From a virus (Duplodnaviria > Caudoviricetes): a stretch of DNA of 32,315 nucleotides. A model generated the notes under the pieces. That model was not told the origin of the DNA and did not search any database. It was given only the letters and a program-made list of their open reading frames with translations. Below, one piece after another: positions 1 to 7,240 of this stretch; position 1 is the first letter of the stretch; each line of letters starts with the position of its first letter. The stretch lies in IMG/VR virus record IMGVR_UViG_3300044724_004722, positions 1 to 32,315 of that record; one strand, written 5' to 3'. The position numbers were made by a program, and so were the translations under genes.

Positions 1-436
1 CTTAGAAACCGACAAGACATTCAGCAATTCGATTTCGGCAGAGTTGAAAGCCGCAGGGCTTCCCGCCGCGTTCGGGATGACTACCCGCCGAATCATCGAC
101 GGCAAGGTTCAGAAAGGACATTCCCGCGCCTTTGCCATCGACGTAGACGAATCCCAGCGATCCACCGTTCAATCGGTACTTGATGCACACGCACCGCACT
201 TCGACCATGCCGATAAAAAGATAGCGGAAGCCAAAGCCGAAGCCCGTAGACGCATAGACGCAATAGCTCCTTTGTGGAAGCAAGTTAATACTGTGAGGGA
301 AAACCCTAGTGACCCTATGTTCAAAAAGATTGACGCTATTAGAAAAAAGTCAGATTTAATTGAGGCACACCTAGCCACACTAACGGATGGCGAGGCTGGT
401 AAGTACGACATTGAAAACAGCCCACTTTGGGACTAG
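1..436. repeat. Direct repeat copy 1 (matches 27571-28006)
   Basis: 1-123 identical to 27571-27693; 4 mismatches in the first 282 nt; divergent over 283-406; identical again over 407-435. Confidence 0.98.
2..436 (+). CDS. 5'-truncated tail-fibre-associated protein (allele of 27563-28006)
   Basis: Frame open from base 2 (LETDKTFSNSISAELKAAGLP...); near-identical to the ORF following the fibre genes. Confidence 0.75.
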   Translation, partial: LETDKTFSNSISAELKAAGLPAAFGMTTRRIIDGKVQKGHSRAFAIDVDESQRSTVQSVLDAHAPHFDHADKKIAEAKAEARRRIDAIAPLWKQVNTVRENPSDPMFKKIDAIRKKSDLIEAHLATLTDGEAGKYDIENSPLWD

Positions 437-472
437 TCCGATTGTTATTTGAAACAAAAAAGGTGACGCACG

Positions 473-1363
473 TTGGCAAATCATGACTGGTCTGTAAAGG
501 CGTTAAGCAGGAATGCACACGTAATAACCGTTTTGGCAGATTGGAGAAGGCCGGGCTTTGAATTTGATGCCCTTCTGACTTCAGATTGGCATTATGACCA
601 CCCAAAATGCAACCGAACATTATTAAGGAAACACCTCGACCAAGCCTTAGAAAAAAAGGCTCCCGTATTTTGCAACGGTGACGCTTTTTGTGTCATGCAG
701 GGAAAGAAGGACAGACGGGGTAGCAAAGGCGATGTTAGACCAGAACACATGGTTGCTGATTATTTTGACGCGGTTCCAAGATCAGCGGCTGAAGAGTTAG
801 CGGAATACGCTCCTGTATTAGCGGGTTTTGGTTACGGAAATCACGAAACAGCAATCATAAAGCACAATGAGACGGATGTGCTTCGGTCATTTGTTTCCAC
901 GCTGAACCAAGAACACGGTGCAAAAGCGTTTTTAGGTGGGTATGGCGGCTGGCTTTTCTTTCGATTTGTGAACCCAAAAAATCCAAAGGAAATGATGACA
1001 AAACGAATGAAGTATTTTCACGGTTCTGGCGGTGGTGGAATCATGTCAAAAGGTACGCTGACCAATGTTCGGCAAGCAGCAATTTATCCTGATGCTGATA
1101 TTGTACACAAAGGTCACATTCATGAGTTGTGGGAAATGACTCTGATGCAGGAAAGCGTTACATCTCAGGGGCGCGTATACCATAAGACACAAAAGCACAT
1201 CTGTACATCGGCTTATAAGGAAGAATATGGCGATGGTGCAGAAGGTTGGCACATTGAACGCGGCGCACCACCAAAACCACTAGGCGGTTATTGGCTGAAA
1301 TTTCAGGTAGACAAACGAGCCAGAGCGCAGGAGATGTTTATATCAGCTACTCAAACCGTTTGA
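473..1363 (+). CDS. Calcineurin-like metallophosphoesterase
   Basis: Motifs SDWH, NGD, GNHE, FHG, GHIH in canonical order; AGGTGA upstream of TTG start. Confidence 0.9.
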   Translation: MANHDWSVKALSRNAHVITVLADWRRPGFEFDALLTSDWHYDHPKCNRTLLRKHLDQALEKKAPVFCNGDAFCVMQGKKDRRGSKGDVRPEHMVADYFDAVPRSAAEELAEYAPVLAGFGYGNHETAIIKHNETDVLRSFVSTLNQEHGAKAFLGGYGGWLFFRFVNPKNPKEMMTKRMKYFHGSGGGGIMSKGTLTNVRQAAIYPDADIVHKGHIHELWEMTLMQESVTSQGRVYHKTQKHICTSAYKEEYGDGAEGWHIERGAPPKPLGGYWLKFQVDKRARAQEMFISATQTV

Positions 1364-1490
1364 TGCGTTACATATACCCCACAGAGGCCACAGGATCGCC
1401 GCAGACGAACGCAAACAGTTTTTCCATATACTAATGCGGAAATGTATTGGCGTTGCCTACGGTCAATTCCTAGTGTTCTCCCGCGCGTTT

Positions 1491-1739
1491 CTACTTGGTC
1501 GGCGTATTTGCCTGTCCTTCTGATACAAATATGCCTCGCGTCTTACCGATCTCTTGCATTATACGCAAGGTGACGTCAAGGTGGTGCAAGGTCTTTGAGT
1601 CGGACCCTCGCTTCCGTAGGGCGTGTTTGACGTAGATGTACACGATGATGTCCACCCACTCACGGGCTGAGACATCGAACTTGTCCTCTATCTTGTCTAT
1701 TATGGCTAGGAAGCGGGGTAGTCGATCTTCTGGTTTCAT
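1491..1739 (-). CDS. Hypothetical protein, paralog of the N-terminus of 1984-3057
   Basis: RLPxFLAxxDKxEDxFDxSAREWVDxxxYIYxKHALRKRGSD shared; ATGA coupling with the upstream ORF. Confidence 0.8.
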   Translation of the reverse strand: MKPEDRLPRFLAIIDKIEDKFDVSAREWVDIIVYIYVKHALRKRGSDSKTLHHLDVTLRIMQEIGKTRGIFVSEGQANTPTK

Positions 1740-1987
1740 TTTCTGTTTAGTTTAACTGAATAGGTTATCTTGAAAAACATTGAAATCAATATAGGGTATG
1801 CAACGGCTCCAATGCTCACGATCTCACTGACACCTGCGGCAAGCATGATGCAAAAGGCGGTAAGGGCCATGAACATTTCGCACCCTACGACCGACCAGAA
1901 GAACGGTATATCTTTGGAGTTGATCGAAGCCCACGACAAGCCGCAGAACACAGCAGACAGCAACACCGCAACGAGGAGGAATATCAT
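1736..1987 (-). CDS. Small membrane protein (about 3 TM segments)
   Basis: Three hydrophobic stretches; 4-nt overlaps on both sides. Confidence 0.7.
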   Translation of the reverse strand: MIFLLVAVLLSAVFCGLSWASINSKDIPFFWSVVGCEMFMALTAFCIMLAAGVSEIVSIGAVAYPILISMFFKITYSVKLNRK

Positions 1988-3057
1988 TTGCTCACCTCTT
2001 TTGGAGGTTCCTGTACAGGGGAAGACGGTAGATCCTCGTACCTAATCCCCTTCTCCGTACTGGACTCCGGTTGGGCGGGAGGAAAGGAACGATCAAGAAG
2101 ATTAATTGCCTGCTCTAATTGGGTACTGGCGTATAAAAGGTCTGTTTTAGGCGGGGTGATTTGCCTTAGCGCATTAAATAGGTGATTACGTACAACAGAC
2201 GGCACATATATCCATTGAGGTGTCGGTATCGTGTGACGTACTGCGACCAATGCCATTCTAATGAGCGACTTCGCTTTATTTACATCAATCACCATCATAG
2301 TAGCAGGATGGTATTCTGCGGGATCAGAGTATTCGTTGACCTCTCGGTTGTACCAATCCCAATCCCCTCCCTCCTTCTCCGTACTAGAAGCATCTTCGAT
2401 GCGTTGATCCGTAGGATCGGACTCCGATTGGGCGGGGTGTATTCCCTTTTTAGTTGCATATCCCTCTGGAAGCCCAAGCGTATCGCGTAGATTCTCCCAC
2501 AGTTTGTACTGATCGCCAGTACCACCGACTAATTCCCACCGCCCTGCCTCGTAGAGAGCAAGTGCAGACTCCCTCAACCCCTCACCATCAACGGGAGCGG
2601 ATTGGAATAGAGATAACAAGTCAGATACCAGTACCACGCTACTTTTTACATATCCGGTTCCATTACAACTTTCACAAGAGGGCGCAGGGTATTCTCCACC
2701 TTCCATTCCGTTGCCAAAACACCAGTTACAAGTATCATCCATTTCAAAACCATGCTCTTCGAGGTCGCACCATTTTTCCATGAACTGAAGGGTTAATCCC
2801 TCACCATCAGGCTTCGCAACGTCATCGGAGATGACTTGAGGCGGGACGGGGTTTCCAAACCACTCTTCAAACTTGGCATAGGCATCTTCTTTCTGCATCT
2901 CCCAAATCGGATCAGATCCCCGCTTCCGCAAGGCGTGTTTGGTGTATATGTACATCATAACATCCACCCATTCGCGGGCAGAGATGTCAAACCTGTCTTC
3001 GAGTTTGTCAACTACCGCCAAGAAATGTGGTAGTCTTTTGTCAATATCGCTTATCAT
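1984..3057 (-). CDS. Mosaic hypothetical protein with DnaJ-type CxxCxGxG zinc finger
   Basis: CNWCFGNG...CESCNGTG; internal repeated linkers. Confidence 0.75.
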   Translation of the reverse strand: MISDIDKRLPHFLAVVDKLEDRFDISAREWVDVMMYIYTKHALRKRGSDPIWEMQKEDAYAKFEEWFGNPVPPQVISDDVAKPDGEGLTLQFMEKWCDLEEHGFEMDDTCNWCFGNGMEGGEYPAPSCESCNGTGYVKSSVVLVSDLLSLFQSAPVDGEGLRESALALYEAGRWELVGGTGDQYKLWENLRDTLGLPEGYATKKGIHPAQSESDPTDQRIEDASSTEKEGGDWDWYNREVNEYSDPAEYHPATMMVIDVNKAKSLIRMALVAVRHTIPTPQWIYVPSVVRNHLFNALRQITPPKTDLLYASTQLEQAINLLDRSFPPAQPESSTEKGIRYEDLPSSPVQEPPKEVSK

Positions 3058-3175
3058 TTATCTTTTTTATTTTTAAGATCACCCACCGCTTCAAAGCCGC
3101 AACAATACTTCGTTGTTCGTTTGTCGTGCGCGGCTCATCAGGAGCAAGGCTTTGTTCTGTCCAATGTAATTTCAT
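3041..3175 (-). CDS. 44-aa hypothetical protein (MKLHWTEQ...), not in the ORF track
   Basis: ATG overlaps the XRE gene stop (ATGA); fills the gap in the operon. Confidence 0.55.
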   Translation of the reverse strand: MKLHWTEQSLAPDEPRTTNEQRSIVAALKRWVILKIKKINDKRY

Positions 3176-3375
3176 GCTTCATCCCACATCAACAGGTTGT
3201 CAATACGTACCCCGTACAGCAATGACATTTTCATCAGAACGCGCAGACTCGGCGTGAGCTTGCCTTTTTCATATCGGCAAAAAGTGTCTTTATGCACTTC
3301 CAACTTCCGCGATACATAATACTGCGACCACCCATGTTGTAGGCGTAGTTGCTTGATGTATTTCAGATCAATCAT
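3172..3375 (-). CDS. XRE/Cro-family HTH regulator
   Basis: IKQLRLQHGWSQ...LEVHKDTFCRYEKGKLTPS...LYGVRIDNLL. Confidence 0.92.
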   Translation of the reverse strand: MIDLKYIKQLRLQHGWSQYYVSRKLEVHKDTFCRYEKGKLTPSLRVLMKMSLLYGVRIDNLLMWDEA

Positions 3376-3680
3376 TGTATTTTTGCCTCGTATATGTCAG
3401 CCAAGTCATCCAGCCCAGCGGCCCGCATCACTCGAATCGAATCGGCGGTTATCCGCGACCCCTGTTGAATGTTCTCCTGATACGGCACGAACTCCAAATT
3501 CATTTCCGAGCCGATGATGGCGGGGTCAATGTCGAGCGCGAAGCCCCGTGAAACGGGGATGATGTGGTTGCACGTGTACCCGGCTGGGCGTGAGCCGAGA
3601 TTTGTCTTTGATATCTGCGTGTGCAGTTTAACGGTGTGCTTGTAGGCGGCATACCGCTTCGCCCGTGTTCCTTTTTTCAT
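3372..3680 (-). CDS. HNH-like protein (degenerate)
   Basis: NHIIPVSRG...NLEFVPYQEN resembles the DHxxP-x(n)-NL-x(n)-N beta-beta-alpha motif. Confidence 0.6.
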   Translation of the reverse strand: MKKGTRAKRYAAYKHTVKLHTQISKTNLGSRPAGYTCNHIIPVSRGFALDIDPAIIGSEMNLEFVPYQENIQQGSRITADSIRVMRAAGLDDLADIYEAKIQ

Positions 3681-3877
3681 ACGTTAAGTTTCCAATCTGG
3701 GTTCTCAACATAGATGCGCCTAACTATCCATTCGTGAAACTTTTTTGGCTCCTGCTCCAAGAGGCCCCGCACCGCTTCGATGGCTTCCTTTATATTGTCA
3801 GCCTCCACGATGTTGTACGTGTCATCGTGAAAGCCTAAAATATCCCAGTATTCAAATGCGATTAAATATGTGTTCAT
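3677..3877 (-). CDS. Hypothetical protein
   Basis: GGAG RBS; 4-nt overlaps on both sides. Confidence 0.75.
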   Translation of the reverse strand: MNTYLIAFEYWDILGFHDDTYNIVEADNIKEAIEAVRGLLEQEPKKFHEWIVRRIYVENPDWKLNV

Positions 3878-4239
3878 TTCGTTTCTCCTATTAAGTATTC
3901 GTTTAGTAATGTTAGGGCGTGGTCACAACCATAAGCAACGGCGCAATCATACCCAGCCGCAGACAGCCGTTCCAGCCAATCCTTCTGGCTGGGCGTGAGC
4001 CGACCCTTTGGCTTCACCCGCTTCATCTCAATGAACAAACCGTGTTTTCCAGCGACAGGTATGGCGGCAAACACATCAGGCACACCAGGCTTTAGACCTT
4101 CGGCCTTCATCCACCGTCCCTGCCGGGGTGTTCGCTTCGCCGCGTTTGGTATAGCGAATACGTTTTGTAGCCGCTTGTCATTGCGTGCGCGGATTTCTAC
4201 GATCTTGAAAAACATGACTTGTTCCTGGTGTTCGGTCAT
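3874..4239 (-). CDS. VRR-NUC domain nuclease
   Basis: EHQEQ, FAIPN, GLKPGVPD, LFIEMK, GRLTPSQKDW, GY; start placed at MTEHQEQ. Confidence 0.92.
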   Translation of the reverse strand: MTEHQEQVMFFKIVEIRARNDKRLQNVFAIPNAAKRTPRQGRWMKAEGLKPGVPDVFAAIPVAGKHGLFIEMKRVKPKGRLTPSQKDWLERLSAAGYDCAVAYGCDHALTLLNEYLIGETK

Positions 4240-4276
4240 TGTGCCTTTAGGTGGTTGATATTGCCGCGCATCGTTT

Positions 4277-4681
4277 TCATTTGAAATCAGAAGGTCTAAT
4301 GTCGTAATGGTAAGCACTCTCAAACCTGCGTCGCATGACAAATCCAGCGTTGAATAAGTCTGTCAAGGAGGGAGAGACCGACGATTGTGGAATATCCAAG
4401 ATCGAAGCGACACCTTGAGCGCTAATGGGTGCCCTGATGGCAACCGTTTGCAAAATGCGATCTACCTGCGTGTCCTTTCGTGGTGCGCTCTTGGATTGAT
4501 AAGCACCGACAAAAGACCATCCCGATGGGTGCAAAACCTCGCGGAGATATGCCACTCTTTTGCGCGAAGGCACTTCGGGTTTTGGCTCGGTTTCACCTTG
4601 AAGATATTTGAGAATGGCTAGAAGTTCTTCGGCGGTGTCGGCCTTGATGGTTCCGACCTGTTTATTTTCGATTGTGATCAT
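4277..4681 (-). CDS. Winged-helix HTH protein
   Basis: ISAQGVASILDIPQSSVSPSLTDLFNAGFVMR. Confidence 0.75.
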   Translation of the reverse strand: MITIENKQVGTIKADTAEELLAILKYLQGETEPKPEVPSRKRVAYLREVLHPSGWSFVGAYQSKSAPRKDTQVDRILQTVAIRAPISAQGVASILDIPQSSVSPSLTDLFNAGFVMRRRFESAYHYDIRPSDFK

Positions 4682-5190
4682 TTGAGTTTCTCGATTAAAT
4701 TGGACACTTGTTCGGCGTTGGCGGTCTTCGCTTGATCAATCAAGCCATCCTGTTCGTTCTCCGGCTGACGCTTGATGAGCGACCACAGATATTTCTTCTG
4801 CTTGTCGGTTGGCGCACCCATCGGCGGGCCGTTCTGTTGGCTGATGGCATTAGCCACCTCATCAGCGGAAGCGTATTCCGTTCCTGCAAAACCACAGGCG
4901 GCAAGGGCGCGGCCTATTGCTGATGTCTCAGCATTTTCAAGGGCCGATGTTTTATTGATGTTGGACGATCCACGCACTTCTTCGCCGTGTCCCGTTCCAA
5001 TGATGCGCCCATCTGCATCAGTAATAATGGCGCGAATAATGACGCTCCGTTCATCGAAGTGATGCAACTGGGTTTCAATACCCCAGCCCGCGTCTATCTT
5101 ACACAGCTCCCGAAACTCGGTGACACGCAGAGCAACCGTCTTGTATTGCTTGCCGTGTATGTTGACAATTCCTGAATCCTTCTTAGCCAT
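4678..5190 (-). CDS. Probable Rad52/Sak-like single-strand annealing protein
   Basis: YKTVALRVTEF...ALENAETSAIGRAL helix motif; C-terminal PTDKQKKYL; GGAG RBS. Confidence 0.65.
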   Translation of the reverse strand: MAKKDSGIVNIHGKQYKTVALRVTEFRELCKIDAGWGIETQLHHFDERSVIIRAIITDADGRIIGTGHGEEVRGSSNINKTSALENAETSAIGRALAACGFAGTEYASADEVANAISQQNGPPMGAPTDKQKKYLWSLIKRQPENEQDGLIDQAKTANAEQVSNLIEKLK

Positions 5191-5200
5191 CTTGTTTCTC

Positions 5201-5488
5201 CTAATTTTTATTCCAACGGAAACGCCGATTTTCGGGCCTCCAATAGTGTTCGTCGCATAGCCAACCGGGAAAGCGTTCTTCGCCCGTCAGCTCATGATTG
5301 CAACCCTTGTGAGCGCAGGGCCATACGGTATCATCCACAAACTTCTTCGGTTGTGGCACTTCGCGTATTTCGTTGGCCTCTGGGTTATTGGCCATCATCT
5401 CGTTGATGCGCTCACGCCGTTGGTCAAACCATTCATTATCAATGCGCGTGGCCTCCTGCTCTTCAGGAGTTTTGCGGTAGTTATTCAT
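5201..5488 (-). CDS. Hypothetical protein with C-x4-C...CDEH zinc finger
   Basis: Start at MNNYRK avoids the long overlap; CAHKGC...WLCDEHY. Confidence 0.65.
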   Translation of the reverse strand: MNNYRKTPEEQEATRIDNEWFDQRRERINEMMANNPEANEIREVPQPKKFVDDTVWPCAHKGCNHELTGEERFPGWLCDEHYWRPENRRFRWNKN

Positions 5489-5783
5489 TGTAGCGGCGGT
5501 AGCGGGTGACGTATTGAGACAATGCCGCAGACAACACGTTGGAGATGGTTTCGTCGTGGCCTTCTTCCCTGCGTTTTTGCATAATGGTTTTCGCCGCTTT
5601 GATTGTCTCCATTGGTACGCGCCCCGATACGCGCCCGCGATGCGGAATATATTCCTCTTGGACGCTAAACCTAGATGCGTGGTGGTCATTGACTGCGGCA
5701 ACTATATTGCCTCCCGCGTCATGTTCGTCGCAGAAAAAGGGATTTCCAGATACGGGATTATCACAGCGTATGCACTTCATCAT
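5481..5783 (-). CDS. Zinc finger plus ribbon-helix-helix-like protein
   Basis: CIRC...FFCDEH; C-terminal VSGRVPMETIKAAK...TISNVLSAALSQYV. Confidence 0.6.
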   Translation of the reverse strand: MMKCIRCDNPVSGNPFFCDEHDAGGNIVAAVNDHHASRFSVQEEYIPHRGRVSGRVPMETIKAAKTIMQKRREEGHDETISNVLSAALSQYVTRYRRYNE

Positions 5784-6067
5784 TTCGCTACCTCAAAAAA
5801 TTTATATGTGTATGTCTTGCGTTGGTATGGCCCAGCATATACTGAACCGGTGCAGACCAATTTTCCCTCTTTTGCCAAGTCTGAAATGGCTCGACGAACA
5901 GAAGTGATTGGTGTTTTGCTTCCTAAACAGGCGTGAATTTGCCAAGCGTGAATGGATCGTTCAGGCATTGTTTGAAACAACGCCAAAATCCGCTGTAATT
6001 GCGTGGTCGTAGATGCGCGGTGCAATTCGAGTTTGCCGCCCGTTTCGCTGGTAGTGTTATAGTACAC
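5780..6067 (-). CDS. Winged-helix protein
   Basis: GGAG-7nt-GTG start; PITSVRRAISDLAKEGKL. Confidence 0.7.
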   Translation of the reverse strand: MYYNTTSETGGKLELHRASTTTQLQRILALFQTMPERSIHAWQIHACLGSKTPITSVRRAISDLAKEGKLVCTGSVYAGPYQRKTYTYKFFEVAK

Positions 6068-6236
6068 GTTTGTTCTCCAAGATTTTAGTGGCACGTTCAA
6101 GGGCTGACACGCGGAAAAACGCCGAGCGGGTGCGGTCTTCAACCTGCGCCGCCGCGTCAATCTTCGCGAGATCAGAAAGCGGAATCATTAGACCCACCAT
6201 CTTATCGTTGGATTTATCTTTGATTTTCTTGCTCAT
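6057..6236 (-). CDS. Ribbon-helix-helix (CopG/DUF1778-like) protein
   Basis: MVGLMIPLSDLAKIDAAAQVEDRTRSAFFRVSALERA. Confidence 0.8.
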   Translation of the reverse strand: MSKKIKDKSNDKMVGLMIPLSDLAKIDAAAQVEDRTRSAFFRVSALERATKILENKRVL

Positions 6237-6369
6237 TATTTCGTTTGATGATGATTGTTGAAATGGAATCTTTGATGGCGAACCACGCAAAGAAAGTGAT
6301 TGTGCCGCCAATAAACATGAGGCCCACTATTGCGAGCGTGTAAATGAAGGCAATAAATACGGTGGTCAT
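6214..6369 (-). CDS. 51-aa membrane peptide (MTTVFIAFIY...), not in the ORF track
   Basis: GGAG RBS; about 28-residue hydrophobic run. Confidence 0.6.
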   Translation of the reverse strand: MTTVFIAFIYTLAIVGLMFIGGTITFFAWFAIKDSISTIIIKRNNEQENQR

Positions 6370-6393
6370 ACTTCTCCAATTTGGTTACACCCG

Positions 6394-6422
6394 AAAAGCC
6401 CGTGACCGAAAAGGCCACAGGC
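6394..6422 (-). terminator. Hairpin plus T4 after the first early gene
   Basis: GCCTGTGGCC-TTTTC-GGTCACGGGC-TTTT on the minus strand. Confidence 0.5.
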
Positions 6423-6446
6423 GAAGCGGTCGTGTTGTTTTAAAGT

Positions 6447-6671
6447 TTATCTTGCCGCGTCAACATATACAGAACCCTTTGAAGGAAATTCAAGCGTCAC
6501 ATTATATACAAAATCTTGTTTGATTTGAACCAATCCCAGATCGATCAAGTGCGCGGCGGCTTTCCAATCTCTTGTTCCACCTCGTTCTACTGATCCTAGC
6601 CCTCCCGTGTATATGTGTGCTTGTCCGGTATCAACTATTGATTTCAAAATTTTATGTTCTGTCTTCGTCAT
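6447..6671 (-). CDS. Hypothetical protein, first gene of the leftward operon
   Basis: MTKTEHKILKSI... preceded by AAAGGGG and a promoter-like sequence. Confidence 0.65.
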   Translation of the reverse strand: MTKTEHKILKSIVDTGQAHIYTGGLGSVERGGTRDWKAAAHLIDLGLVQIKQDFVYNVTLEFPSKGSVYVDAAR

Positions 6672-6707
6672 CGTCGTGTTTGACCCCTTTTGTTTGGTTA
6701 CATTTAT

Positions 6708-6736
6708 ATAATACATTGAAACTATTTAATAACCAA
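6708..6736 (-). promoter_or_regulatory. Putative sigma70 leftward promoter
   Basis: TTGGTT-17bp-TATTAT. Confidence 0.5.
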
Positions 6737-6784
6737 ATACAAACACAAATATATAGATCACTACCCTCCATACGAAAAAAACCA

Positions 6785-6857
6785 GCGTGTCATATGTCAT
6801 ATATGATATGACATACGCCAAACTTGTAATGTGTAACGCGACCCATTACACGTTACA
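6785..6857. promoter_or_regulatory. Two inverted-repeat operator-like sites built from heptads
   Basis: TATGTCATA-5-TATGACATA (6793-6815); TGTAATGTGTAACG-5-CATTACACGTTACA (6825-6857). Confidence 0.6.
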
Positions 6858-7000
6858 GACTAGACCTTTGCAGCCCTCCGATTGAAATGATTTAATCAAC
6901 ACCAATCAACAAAAACAACAAACATCGCATCTCCTGCCATATAGCGAAATAATGTGGCGGCGTAGTTGTTGCGTTTATTCGCAAAACCTGTCAATATCCC

Positions 7001-7081
7001 AAATTCCTGAAATTCCTGAAATTCCTGAAATTCCTAAAATTCCCAAAATCCCAGAAATCCCAGAAATCCCAGAAATCCCAC
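7001..7081. repeat. Nine-copy 9-bp tandem array
   Basis: AAATTCCTG x3, AAATTCCTA, AAATTCCCA, AAATCCCAG x3, AAATCCCAC. Confidence 0.95.
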
Positions 7082-7181
7082 CGCCCTTTTTTCCCTGCAT
7101 CTTATGTTGATGCGGTGTATATTGGCTTCACGCGATGGGTCTGGTAAGGTCTTTCCCTGAATAGCGTTAACAGATTTCTTC

Positions 7182-7229
7182 GCTCGGCCCCGCAAGTAAC
7201 CTTACTGCTTCGGGGTCGGGCTTTTTTTT
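7182..7229 (+). terminator. Intrinsic terminator/attenuator upstream of the replication initiator
   Basis: GCTCGGCCCCG...CGGGGTCGGGC 11-bp stem followed by T8. Confidence 0.8.
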
Positions 7230-7240
7230 GGTTGAACATT

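Noticed and set aside
1-436. Diversity-generating retroelement TR/VR pair with 27571-28006
   Set aside because: Mismatches are not adenine-specific in either copy, many are synonymous, and no reverse transcriptase is present.
6057-6236. TacA-type antitoxin of a toxin-antitoxin pair
   Set aside because: No adjacent GNAT or other recognisable toxin.
6740-6760. Bacteroidota-type TAnnTTTG promoter as a host clue
   Set aside because: Single occurrence without a good -33 element; many genes use GGAG SD sequences, so the host cannot be assigned.
7001-7081. CRISPR or mini-array
   Set aside because: Contiguous 9-mers with no spacers and no cas genes.
7091-7115. dif-like site (TTATGTTGAT)
   Set aside because: Only a partial XerD-arm resemblance; no XerC arm at the right spacing.
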